A stretch of 64,000 nt of DNA, from positions 57,395 to 121,394 of the forward strand of contig JBEKPS010000004.1 in assembly GCA_049520515.1 (NCBI GenBank), read 5' to 3'. This document shows, piece after piece, positions 9,273-17,302 of this stretch. Numbering within the stretch: the stretch's first letter is position 1; each line of letters begins with the position of its first letter. The position numbers and the translations under genes were made by a program. The notes under the pieces are model-generated. The model searched no databases, was not told the DNA's origin, and worked only from the letters and a program-made list of their open reading frames with translations. Source of the stretch: Vulcanimicrobiaceae bacterium. Lineage in GTDB: Bacteria; Vulcanimicrobiota; Vulcanimicrobiia; Vulcanimicrobiales; Vulcanimicrobiaceae.

Positions 9273-10579
9273 GTAGTTAGTGGTTCCCTCAAATAGCCGG
9301 CAAGCGGGGTCACGAGGGCGATGAGCTCGAGCCACGGAGCTGCCGGCGCGAATCCGTAGGCGTCTGAGAGATAACGCACTGTGCTGCTAAACGTCAGCAG
9401 CACGAGGACCGGACCTTCCCGCCGCTCGAGCGTGAACGCTGCCAAGGGGAGCAGCCACAAGCCGTACCACGGGTAGTCCTGCGGATAGAGCGCCCAGATG
9501 GCGAGCGCGGCCGCAGCAAGTGCGGCGGCGCGTGCGCCTTTCCCAGCATTGTAGAGTGCGCGTGCCACAAGTCCGAGCGCGATGAGTCCGTGTATGCCCA
9601 TCGCAACTGCCGCTTCATCGGCGCCGACGAGATCCGTGGGTGCAGCCGGCCGATAGCCTCCCGCGATATGCGTGGCAATCAATTGTGCAACGACGCTCGC
9701 AGCGATCCCCACACATCCCCATAGCATGAATCGACGGTCGCGCACGGCGTATGCGAGCGCAAACGTCGCTACCGCGCCCGTCGCTTTGAGCAATGCCGAT
9801 GCACCCGCGAGCAATCCCGCCAGCTCGGGTTTGCGAAGTGCTATGAACGCGGCGATCGCGACGACCAGGAAGACGAGTGCGTCGTAGTGTCCATCGGCGA
9901 CGGTCGATATGACGACGGGGTTGAGGCCGATGATTGCGGCCAGCAATCGCCCGCGTTCCGGCACGACATACGCTGCAACGCCGGCGGCCGTAACGAATGC
10001 GATGATCTCGAGAAAACGTAGCGCGAGCAGCGTGCGCGGCAGATCGAAATGCGTAGCCATGACGACGGCGCGCGCAATCGCGATGAAGGCGGGACCGTAG
10101 ATACACGCCGGAAGCCTTGGCCACTCGAATCCGATCGCTTGCGTCCACCGCGCATTGACAAGTTGTTCCGGCGGAAACGTATGATAGAGGTACGGGTTTT
10201 GATGCAGCGCCGACAGTGCTCCGTAGGCGGCGTACGCGTACGCATCGCTCGAAAGGCTGAACCGAAATGCAAAGGCAGCCATGCATGCGAGTGCACTCGC
10301 CCCGAGTATGACGGCGAGCGGCGTTTGGCGGCTGCGCATGACGGCGAACCAATACGCTGCGCCGGCAAGCAGCATCGTTATGGCGTAAATCGCCCACGCA
10401 ACGACTCCCGGCCAGCCCCATGATGTGACGACGGCCATCGGCTGGGAGAGAACGGCGTCCGGCTTATGCAACGCCGGGAACGCAAGATGCGACACGATCG
10501 CACCCAACGCAATCGCGAGTGGAACGAGAATTACGATGATTGCGACTCCCGACCAGCCACGCCGAGTAGCGCGAACCAC
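9269..10579 (-). CDS. Polytopic membrane protein, DUF2029/GT87-like GT-C glycosyltransferase (putative)
   Basis: 436 aa, about 11 hydrophobic segments. An early loop reads SSDAYAYAAYGALSALHQNPYLY, resembling the Asp/Tyr loop of polyprenyl-phosphate-mannose-dependent transferases. The 5' end overlaps the upstream gene by 49 nt, so the start is uncertain. Confidence 0.6.
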   Translation of the reverse strand: MVRATRRGWSGVAIIVILVPLAIALGAIVSHLAFPALHKPDAVLSQPMAVVTSWGWPGVVAWAIYAITMLLAGAAYWFAVMRSRQTPLAVILGASALACMAAFAFRFSLSSDAYAYAAYGALSALHQNPYLYHTFPPEQLVNARWTQAIGFEWPRLPACIYGPAFIAIARAVVMATHFDLPRTLLALRFLEIIAFVTAAGVAAYVVPERGRLLAAIIGLNPVVISTVADGHYDALVFLVVAIAAFIALRKPELAGLLAGASALLKATGAVATFALAYAVRDRRFMLWGCVGIAASVVAQLIATHIAGGYRPAAPTDLVGADEAAVAMGIHGLIALGLVARALYNAGKGARAAALAAAALAIWALYPQDYPWYGLWLLPLAAFTLERREGPVLVLLTFSSTVRYLSDAYGFAPAAPWLELIALVTPLAGYLREPLTT

Positions 10580-11766
10580 ATGATGGCGACTTTCGGATAG
10601 AAGACCAGCAGATCAAAGAATCCGTGAATCGCAAAACCGAGACTTGCAGCGAACGCTGCCAAGCACAGCGGCTTTTGCAACGAGCGCCGGAACGTGGCAG
10701 TTGAAGCCCACACGAGCGCGCAGGTCGCGAACAGCAGCGGGAGACCGCCTTCGGCGAGCGATTGCAAGTACCAGGAGTTTGCGTGCGTGCGAATCCCGGC
10801 ATCGCCCACGCGCGGTAAAAGCAGCTCGAAATTTCCCGCGCCGACGCCGAGCACCGGATGCCTCTCCCACATCGTGTAGGCCGCGCGCCACAGGACGCTG
10901 CGTTTGCTCACGCCGCCGCCGTTGCCGGTTTCACCAAACCACAGAAAACGCGCAAGAATTTCCGGGCTCAGGCCAAGCAGCACGACGACGGCTGCGATGA
11001 TTCCGGCGCCGTAGGCGATTGCCAGCGGCGCGCGACCGCTGCGCTGCGGCGCAAACGCAAGGACCACGCCGACGCTGATTGCCGCGCAAAGCAAACCCGA
11101 GCGTGAAAGCGTCAAGATCAGTGTGGCCGACGCGATAGCGACTGCTAAGAGCGACCCGATCGTCACGCGCTCGAGCGTCCAGATCGACAAGAACGGTAAC
11201 GCTAACCCGAGATATGCAGCCAGCTGATTGGGGCCTTCGATCGGCCCCGCGATGCGTGGAAACACGTGATTCGCAACCAGAATAACGGACGGCGATCCAA
11301 TCCAGAGTTGAACGAGCGCGAGTACGCTGACGAGACTGACCGTGATGATCGTCGCCAAGCACAGGCGGAATCGATCGGGGTCAAGGCCCCACGCAGTCGC
11401 GGCGACCGCGAACACCAGCAGATACTGCACCCACTTGAGCGTCTCACGCAGAACCGGTTCGCGATATTCCGCAACGATAATGGTCAAGAGCGTCACGATG
11501 ACGATCGCAAGAATCGAAAGCAGAATCGCGCGCGGGAGTGCGACGCGCGGGCGGCGCAGGGCGAGGCCGGCAATCGCCGCGACCAGCACGACTTTGTCGA
11601 AGGTAATCGTCGTGTCACCGAGCGCGTGACTGAAGTCGAAGGGTGCCGTTGCGATGAGTGCGACGAACGCGCTCGACGGTCGAGCCCGAGTTGCCAGCAC
11701 AATGACGCCGGCCAGGGCGGCATAAATGGCGACCGATAGCAGATCGACCGGGGGGAAAGCGGCCAT
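10531..11766 (-). CDS. O-antigen ligase/polymerase-like (Wzy_C family) membrane protein
   Basis: I set the start at ATG11766 (MAAFPPVDLLSVAIYAAL). The 163-aa Arg-rich extension in the track overlaps deoA and looks spurious. The protein is polytopic, with LTLSRSGLL.. and WRAAYTMWERHPVLGVGAGNFE typical of the O-antigen ligase family. Confidence 0.7.
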   Translation of the reverse strand: MAAFPPVDLLSVAIYAALAGVIVLATRARPSSAFVALIATAPFDFSHALGDTTITFDKVVLVAAIAGLALRRPRVALPRAILLSILAIVIVTLLTIIVAEYREPVLRETLKWVQYLLVFAVAATAWGLDPDRFRLCLATIITVSLVSVLALVQLWIGSPSVILVANHVFPRIAGPIEGPNQLAAYLGLALPFLSIWTLERVTIGSLLAVAIASATLILTLSRSGLLCAAISVGVVLAFAPQRSGRAPLAIAYGAGIIAAVVVLLGLSPEILARFLWFGETGNGGGVSKRSVLWRAAYTMWERHPVLGVGAGNFELLLPRVGDAGIRTHANSWYLQSLAEGGLPLLFATCALVWASTATFRRSLQKPLCLAAFAASLGFAIHGFFDLLVFYPKVAIMWFALLGVAGRESQSS

Positions 11767-11807
11767 TCGGCGGGCTTCGCGGCGCGCGCTGCGAACACTC
11801 CGCGGCG

Positions 11808-13094
11808 ATGGACGAGGTCCAATTGCGTCGCGCGGTCGCACAAAAACGCGACGGCGAACCGCTCGACGAATCGACGTGGGAATCGATTGTCGCCGCATAT
11901 GCCAAAGGCGAGGTCGATGACGCACCCGTTGCTGCGCTCTTGATGGCGTGCGTTCTTCGCGGCCTCGATCGGATTGAGACCTTCGCGCTAACACGCGCGA
12001 TGATCGCCTCAGGCGAGACGATCGATCTCGGCTTCGATGCGGTCGACAAACACTCGACCGGCGGCGTCGGCGACACGGTCTCGCTTGTGGTCGTACCACT
12101 CGTCGCCGCGTGCGGCGTGCGCGTCGCGAAACTTTCCGGTCACTCGCTCGGACACACCGGCGGTACGCTCGACAAACTCGAAGCGATTCCGGGCGTGCAG
12201 ACGGAGCTTCCGATCGCGCGCTTTCGCGAGATCGTTCGGACGATCGGTTGTGCAATCTCGGCGCAGAGCGCGGAGCTGGTTCCCGCCGACAAGAAACTGT
12301 ACGCCTTGCGCGATCGCACGGCCACGGTCCGCAATAATGGATTGATCGCAGCCTCGATTGTTTCGAAAAAGATTGCGAGCGGCGCGCGCTGGATCGTCTA
12401 CGACGTCAAGTGTGGGCGCGGCTCATTTCTGCGCACGGAGGCCGAAGCGTTCGAGCTGGCGGAAACGATGGTGCGCCTCACGGAAGATTTCGGGCGCAGT
12501 GCCGTCGCGCACGTGACCGATATGGAAGAACCGCTCGGTCCTGCCATCGGCTCGGGCGTCGAAGCGATCGAAGCCCGCGACTTTCTGCGCGGCACGCGGC
12601 GCGATTCACGCCTCGCGGCGGGCGTACTGCACGTCGGCTCGGCCATGCTCGAGCTTGCGGGGGTCGGCAACGCGCAGTCGCGTCTGCAAAGCGCGCTCGA
12701 TGACGGGAGCGCGTACGAGAAGTTCGTCGCAATGATCGAAGCGCAATCCGGCTCGCGGCATCTTCTCGAGGAAATGCGCCCGTTGCCGGCACGCGCCGTC
12801 CTCGCAGTCGATACCGGCTTCGTCCAGGAATTCGATGTCGTCGCGCTTGGCGAGCTCGCGCACGATCTCGAGCGCTCCGAAAGCGCGCTTGCAGGCCTAC
12901 GTCTTAATGTACGGCTCGGCGAGGCGGTTTCCGCCGGCGAGAGCGTCGCAGAGATTTTTGGCGGAGATGAGGCGGCAGATCGTCGCGCGCACTCCGCGAT
13001 TTCGATCGGACCGGATCAGCGGGCTTCGCGCACGCTCACGATCGGGTCGATTCGCTCCAGCTCGCCTTCGCGAATGACGTCAGCGATCAAATAG
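11808..13094 (+). CDS. deoA: Thymidine/pyrimidine-nucleoside phosphorylase
   Basis: 428 aa. Motifs: DKHSTGGVGD, SGHSLGHTGGTLDKLEAIPG, LYALRD. Confidence 0.93.
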   Translation: MDEVQLRRAVAQKRDGEPLDESTWESIVAAYAKGEVDDAPVAALLMACVLRGLDRIETFALTRAMIASGETIDLGFDAVDKHSTGGVGDTVSLVVVPLVAACGVRVAKLSGHSLGHTGGTLDKLEAIPGVQTELPIARFREIVRTIGCAISAQSAELVPADKKLYALRDRTATVRNNGLIAASIVSKKIASGARWIVYDVKCGRGSFLRTEAEAFELAETMVRLTEDFGRSAVAHVTDMEEPLGPAIGSGVEAIEARDFLRGTRRDSRLAAGVLHVGSAMLELAGVGNAQSRLQSALDDGSAYEKFVAMIEAQSGSRHLLEEMRPLPARAVLAVDTGFVQEFDVVALGELAHDLERSESALAGLRLNVRLGEAVSAGESVAEIFGGDEAADRRAHSAISIGPDQRASRTLTIGSIRSSSPSRMTSAIK

Positions 13095-14002
13095 AGCGGA
13101 CGACCTTTTACTTGCTCGTAGATACGGCCGATGTATTCGCCGAGCGTTCCGATCGCAATCAGCTGGACGCCCCCCAGAAAAAGGATTGCGAAGATGGTCG
13201 AGGTGTAACCGGGGTAGTTGTATCCGGTGAACAGCTTGATGAGGATCTCGATGATTGCGACGATGAACGCAGCGATCGAAACGGTGAAGCCCAAATAAGA
13301 AGCAAAGCGCAGCGGAATCTCGCTGAAACTCGTAATCCCGTCGATCGCAAAGCGCAGCATCTTTGTAACCGGATACTTGGTCGTTCCCGAGAAGCGTTCG
13401 TCGCGGTCGTACTCGACGCCGATTTGCGTGAAGCCGACCCAGCTAACCAAGCCGCGCAAGAAGCGATGCCGCTCTCGCGTCTGCTTGAGGGCTTCCACGA
13501 CGCGTCTGCTCATCAACCGGAAGTCTCCGGTGTCGAGGGGGATCGCAACATTCGTCAAGCGCCGAACGATACGATAGAACGCGCGCGCCGTCATCAGCTT
13601 GAACACTCCTTCGCCTTTGCGCGAACGGCGGATGGCGTAGACGACGTCGTAGCCTTCGCGCCAGCGTTCCAGAAACGCGGCGATCAGCTCCGGAGGGTCT
13701 TGCAGGTCGCCGTCCATCAGGATGACCGCGTCGCCGCGAGCCGTATCTATTCCAGCCGTTGCCGCGATCTGATGCCCAAAGTTTCGCGACAGGTTAACGA
13801 CCACGATCTCATGATGGGTAAGCGCCAGATCGCGAAGGCGCAAGAGCGTCGCGTCCCGCGAGCCGTCGTTGACCAAGACGAGCTCATAGCGCGGCGTCCC
13901 CGGGAGAGCGCTCATCACGTCCCGCACGCGCCGCACCAATTCATCGACGTTCCCTTCTTCGTTATAGAGTGGGACGACGACCGAGACCAGCTCCGATGAC
14001 AT
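13016..14002 (-). CDS. GT2 polyprenyl-phosphate glycosyltransferase (GtrB/ArnC type)
   Basis: I set the start at ATG14002 (MSSELVSVVVPLYNEEGNV). Motifs: VNDGSRD, LMDGDLQDPPE, and two C-terminal TM helices ending GEYIGRIYEQVKGRPLY. Confidence 0.9.
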   Translation of the reverse strand: MSSELVSVVVPLYNEEGNVDELVRRVRDVMSALPGTPRYELVLVNDGSRDATLLRLRDLALTHHEIVVVNLSRNFGHQIAATAGIDTARGDAVILMDGDLQDPPELIAAFLERWREGYDVVYAIRRSRKGEGVFKLMTARAFYRIVRRLTNVAIPLDTGDFRLMSRRVVEALKQTRERHRFLRGLVSWVGFTQIGVEYDRDERFSGTTKYPVTKMLRFAIDGITSFSEIPLRFASYLGFTVSIAAFIVAIIEILIKLFTGYNYPGYTSTIFAILFLGGVQLIAIGTLGEYIGRIYEQVKGRPLYLIADVIREGELERIDPIVSVREAR

Positions 14003-14580
14003 ATCCTCGCAGCCTACGCGTGCTTGGCGCAAGCGCCCTCTTGATGCTCTCCGGATGCTGGGCGCATCCGGCATCGACGGCGTCCGGCCCGCAAGCCTCG
14101 CCATCGCCGACTGCAACAGCAACGGCCGCGCCAACACCGACGCAGAAGCCGAGGTCGAGACCCATCTCGACCGCTCCGGTGTTCATCGTTTCGAATCCGA
14201 GTTCGAGTCCGCGTCCTGTTCCAAGCGTTAGTGCGCCACACGATATCGTCAGTGTGGCGCCGGCCGCCAATCCTAAGATCCCTTATCCGGCCCTGAACGC
14301 CCAACCGCGGATCTTGGGAATTAACATCTCGTCCGTTGTCATCCATTCAGGCGATACGGTTCGCGGTAACGTCACGACGACAAGCAACGTCTCGAACGTT
14401 GACGTGCACATCAGCGAATGGGCGATGCCCTTGCCGCATCCGAGGCCGGGCTATTTTGAAGGCTCGGGCGTCATCCCGCAGCTACCGTTTTTTGTGAAAG
14501 GCAACTACACGCTGCAGGTCATCGCGCGTACCGCAGGCGGTCAATCGGTCGAACGCGACATCCCGATATCGGTTCGCTAA
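13996..14580 (+). CDS. Small secreted lipoprotein P2 (paralogue of P1)
   Basis: ATG13996 gives MTYPRSLRVLGASALLMLSGC (lipobox LSGC). A P/S/T/A-rich linker follows, then a C-terminal ~90-aa domain that aligns with the protein at 8736-9272. The track start GTG13969 is possible. Confidence 0.65.
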   Translation: MTYPRSLRVLGASALLMLSGCWAHPASTASGPQASPSPTATATAAPTPTQKPRSRPISTAPVFIVSNPSSSPRPVPSVSAPHDIVSVAPAANPKIPYPALNAQPRILGINISSVVIHSGDTVRGNVTTTSNVSNVDVHISEWAMPLPHPRPGYFEGSGVIPQLPFFVKGNYTLQVIARTAGGQSVERDIPISVR

Positions 14581-15497
14581 CGCGAGCGTGTTCTGCTCGT
14601 CGGACCTGGTGCCGGCGTGCGATTCGGGAACGGCGTGGGATAACCAAACGGCTTTGGGTTGAAAGGGCTCGGCGTTGCCCCCGGGACGAGGGCTTGCCCA
14701 CCGCTGGCCGGATTGTAGTCGGCCCAGTTGTAGACGATAGCGTCACGGACTTGCGTGTCCGGTTCCCCGAGCTCGGTCGCGCCCAGGAAGAAATGATGCG
14801 GCGCTTCGTCGATGCCGGTGCGTCCGCGCTCTGCTGATTGCCACGAGCCACGCGTGAACTTGTAGTAGAATTCGGTTCCCGTTCTTAACGGTAACGTGAC
14901 GGCGTAATGAAGCGCGTCAAAGCGTTCCATGCGCGTTGCCTGCGGATTCCAGCCGGCGACGTCGGTCGTCATGTAAATGGAATCCGACATCGGCGTCGTG
15001 GGCGGAACTTGCACGACGAAGCGCACTTGCACGATCTTGCCGGTCAATGGGATGCGGCTTGTGTTCCCGGCAACTGTGCGCGGACGATTCGGGTCGAGAT
15101 CGGGGTTTGCAACTGCGGGTGAGAGTGCGACGGCATATTTGCGGACGTCCGCATACGACGAGCCGGGAGGAAGCGGATGCTTCGAGATTGCGAGCTCGAC
15201 GATCTTGCCGCCATCGAACGTGGCTTGCGCGAACATACGCGTCGTCGGCGCTTGTGTCGCCGGTTGGTTCGTGTCGTAATTTATGATCTTGGCATCCGGT
15301 GCGATCGGGAAGGCGTCACCCGTTGTGAAGAAGACGAATCCGTGCTGCATGTCGAGCAGCATTCCGGTAAACTTCATCAGACCGGCGGTGGGCGCCGCGG
15401 TTGTGGGCGCGCCCGTCGGCGGCGCTGTGTAGAGCGGCGCGGGCGTTGCGGCGCCGATCAACGCGATTGCGGCAGTGGCAATAAGAAGATGTCTCAT
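14577..15497 (-). CDS. Secreted protein with CBM20/CBM48-like carbohydrate-binding module
   Basis: ATG15497 (MRHLLIATAAIALIGA signal) overlaps the upstream stop (ATGA). VQVRFVVQV..IYMTTDVAGWNP..RMERFDALHYAVTLPLRTGTEFYYKFTRGSWQSAE fits the starch/glycogen-binding-module pattern by eye. Confidence 0.55.
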   Translation of the reverse strand: MRHLLIATAAIALIGAATPAPLYTAPPTGAPTTAAPTAGLMKFTGMLLDMQHGFVFFTTGDAFPIAPDAKIINYDTNQPATQAPTTRMFAQATFDGGKIVELAISKHPLPPGSSYADVRKYAVALSPAVANPDLDPNRPRTVAGNTSRIPLTGKIVQVRFVVQVPPTTPMSDSIYMTTDVAGWNPQATRMERFDALHYAVTLPLRTGTEFYYKFTRGSWQSAERGRTGIDEAPHHFFLGATELGEPDTQVRDAIVYNWADYNPASGGQALVPGATPSPFNPKPFGYPTPFPNRTPAPGPTSRTRSR

Positions 15498-17272
15498 GGT
15501 CCGAATTGCACCGTCCATTGGCTCCAGCCCATATTGCCGAAGTTGAAGAAGTACGACTTGCCGACCGAGAGGCTCAAGATCGGGCTGATCCGGAACTGGG
15601 TTCGCATCGCGATCGAATATGGTGCTTGTCCATAGTAATATGGGATCGGCACGGGATAATCGTCATGCTTGTCGGCTTGAACTGTGAACGAAAAATATGA
15701 CGTCGGAATGAATGTGTACGCGTACTGGAGATCGCGCAGCGTCGAGAAACCTCGAAAAGACGCGTAGCCCGGATAAACCATGTTGTTGAATGGATTGTCG
15801 ATCACGGTTGGCGGATAGAAGACGCCCTGTAACCCACCGAGATAGTCGCCTTGATTTGAGACGATGTACGACAAATACATCGATCCCTTGTGGCCCTGCA
15901 TCTTACTGAGCGTGCTCGTCAGTGTGCCCGCGTCTTGGAACCGCGGAAAACCTTGCACGAAGGTGCGTTGTCGATCGTACGTCTCGCTGTAGTAGACGGA
16001 TTGATCGAAGGCTGCATGCGGGGTCAGCCGAATCGGATTCGACCACACGGTGAAGCCGAGGAAGTTTTGCCAGTACGACGTGTATGGCGTCCCGTTGAAG
16101 CTTCCAAGCCCGTAACCCTCATGCGCAGTGAGGATGCCGCCGCGAAACTTGAAGTTGATCGGAACGTACTTACTCACGGCTTGATTCGAGCCGACCCACG
16201 ACAACTCTGCGTTGGTTGGGTGATTGGGAATCCACGCGCCGTCCGTCGGGTTGCCGTAAAATCCTTGCGTCGGTCGCGGCAGCAGCGTGTCCTGGTATTG
16301 ATTGGCCAGGATTTGCAAGAACGAGTTCTGGAAGCCGTAGGTGAGCTGCTCCGTCTCGAGTGCGCCCTCGGAAAGCGGCTGCGAGAATCCCGATTGATAC
16401 GTAAACATCTGATCGAAATCGGTAATCTGAAAGCGTTGATTCTCGGTCTTGACCGAGGCGAGAAGATTATACTGTTTATTCGGCCGCGTCAGCGGGCTTA
16501 TCGAAAAGACTGCGTATGAGTTCTGTGTCGCCAGGTTTTCTTCGATGGCCAGATATTGATGGTTGGTCGAATCGTAGCGCCCGTAAAGCGTCGTCGTCGC
16601 ATTCTTACTGCCCATAAACGGGTAGCCGACGGCGCCCGTCGCACCGGCGAGCGAATTCTGCATGAAATACGGGTTGGCGGAGAAATTGAAATAGTACTCG
16701 GGCGTTGGCGCGTAGGCTCCGAGCACGTAAACGCTTGCCGGCCGAAATGAGACACCGGTCTTCGGATAGATGTGTGCTTCTTTGGCGAGGACGAGCGGAT
16801 GATCGACGCCGGTATTCGGAAAATCAAACGTGTCGCCGGGCATCTCTCTGCCCGGTGCGGGCTTGGTGTAGTTTTCGTCTAAGAACGTCCAGCGATCCGG
16901 TTCGGTCGTGATCGGCAAGAAGTACGCACGCTTGTAGTCCAGGAATTCAGAGAAGGCGGCACCGTCGTACCTGAGCGCGCCGTGTACGAAGTGCACGGCG
17001 CCTGCGATCAAGAAGCGATTTTGCTTCAGATCCATTGCAAACGAGTTTCCGGTGATCGTCGTACCGTCGCTCAGCTGCACGCGGACATTGTCATCGGCGG
17101 TGATGACGTACTTGTTGTTGTAAAACCCGATACGATCGGCATGCAGAACGATGGAGTCGATCTGGGCCGATGCTCGAATCGGTATAACCGCTGCGGTAAG
17201 AAACACCGCGGCTGCGGCGAGAAGACTCAGGACACGCACGTTATTTTCCGTGTTCCTAGCTCTGAGAGGCAT
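15494..17272 (-). CDS. LptD/OstA-like outer-membrane protein (putative)
   Basis: I set the start at ATG17272 (MPLRARNTENNVRVLSLLAAAAVFLTAAVIPIRASAQ signal). The OstA-like N-domain reads LHADRIGFYNNKYVITADDNVRVQLSDGTTITGNSFAMDLKQNRFLIAGAVHF. About 480 aa rich in Tyr/Gly/Asn follow, consistent with beta-strands. The function call is tentative. Confidence 0.55.
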   Translation of the reverse strand: MPLRARNTENNVRVLSLLAAAAVFLTAAVIPIRASAQIDSIVLHADRIGFYNNKYVITADDNVRVQLSDGTTITGNSFAMDLKQNRFLIAGAVHFVHGALRYDGAAFSEFLDYKRAYFLPITTEPDRWTFLDENYTKPAPGREMPGDTFDFPNTGVDHPLVLAKEAHIYPKTGVSFRPASVYVLGAYAPTPEYYFNFSANPYFMQNSLAGATGAVGYPFMGSKNATTTLYGRYDSTNHQYLAIEENLATQNSYAVFSISPLTRPNKQYNLLASVKTENQRFQITDFDQMFTYQSGFSQPLSEGALETEQLTYGFQNSFLQILANQYQDTLLPRPTQGFYGNPTDGAWIPNHPTNAELSWVGSNQAVSKYVPINFKFRGGILTAHEGYGLGSFNGTPYTSYWQNFLGFTVWSNPIRLTPHAAFDQSVYYSETYDRQRTFVQGFPRFQDAGTLTSTLSKMQGHKGSMYLSYIVSNQGDYLGGLQGVFYPPTVIDNPFNNMVYPGYASFRGFSTLRDLQYAYTFIPTSYFSFTVQADKHDDYPVPIPYYYGQAPYSIAMRTQFRISPILSLSVGKSYFFNFGNMGWSQWTVQFGP

Positions 17273-17302
17273 CGCCTCCGTAGCTCGGGAAATTGCGACG
17301 GC

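Noticed and set aside
11767-12255. Arg-rich N-terminal extension of the O-antigen-ligase-like ORF. Analogous extensions occur at 23919-24071, 17273-17563, 16982-17302, 46445-46753, 48913-49587, 50961-51098, 50673-51005, 54232-54357, 60347-60505, 31019-31111 and 33202-33330.
   Set aside because: The extensions overlap well-supported neighbouring genes and are compositionally Arg/Ser/Pro-biased. Internal starts give canonical N-termini (Rossmann motifs, signal peptides, alignment with known family starts).
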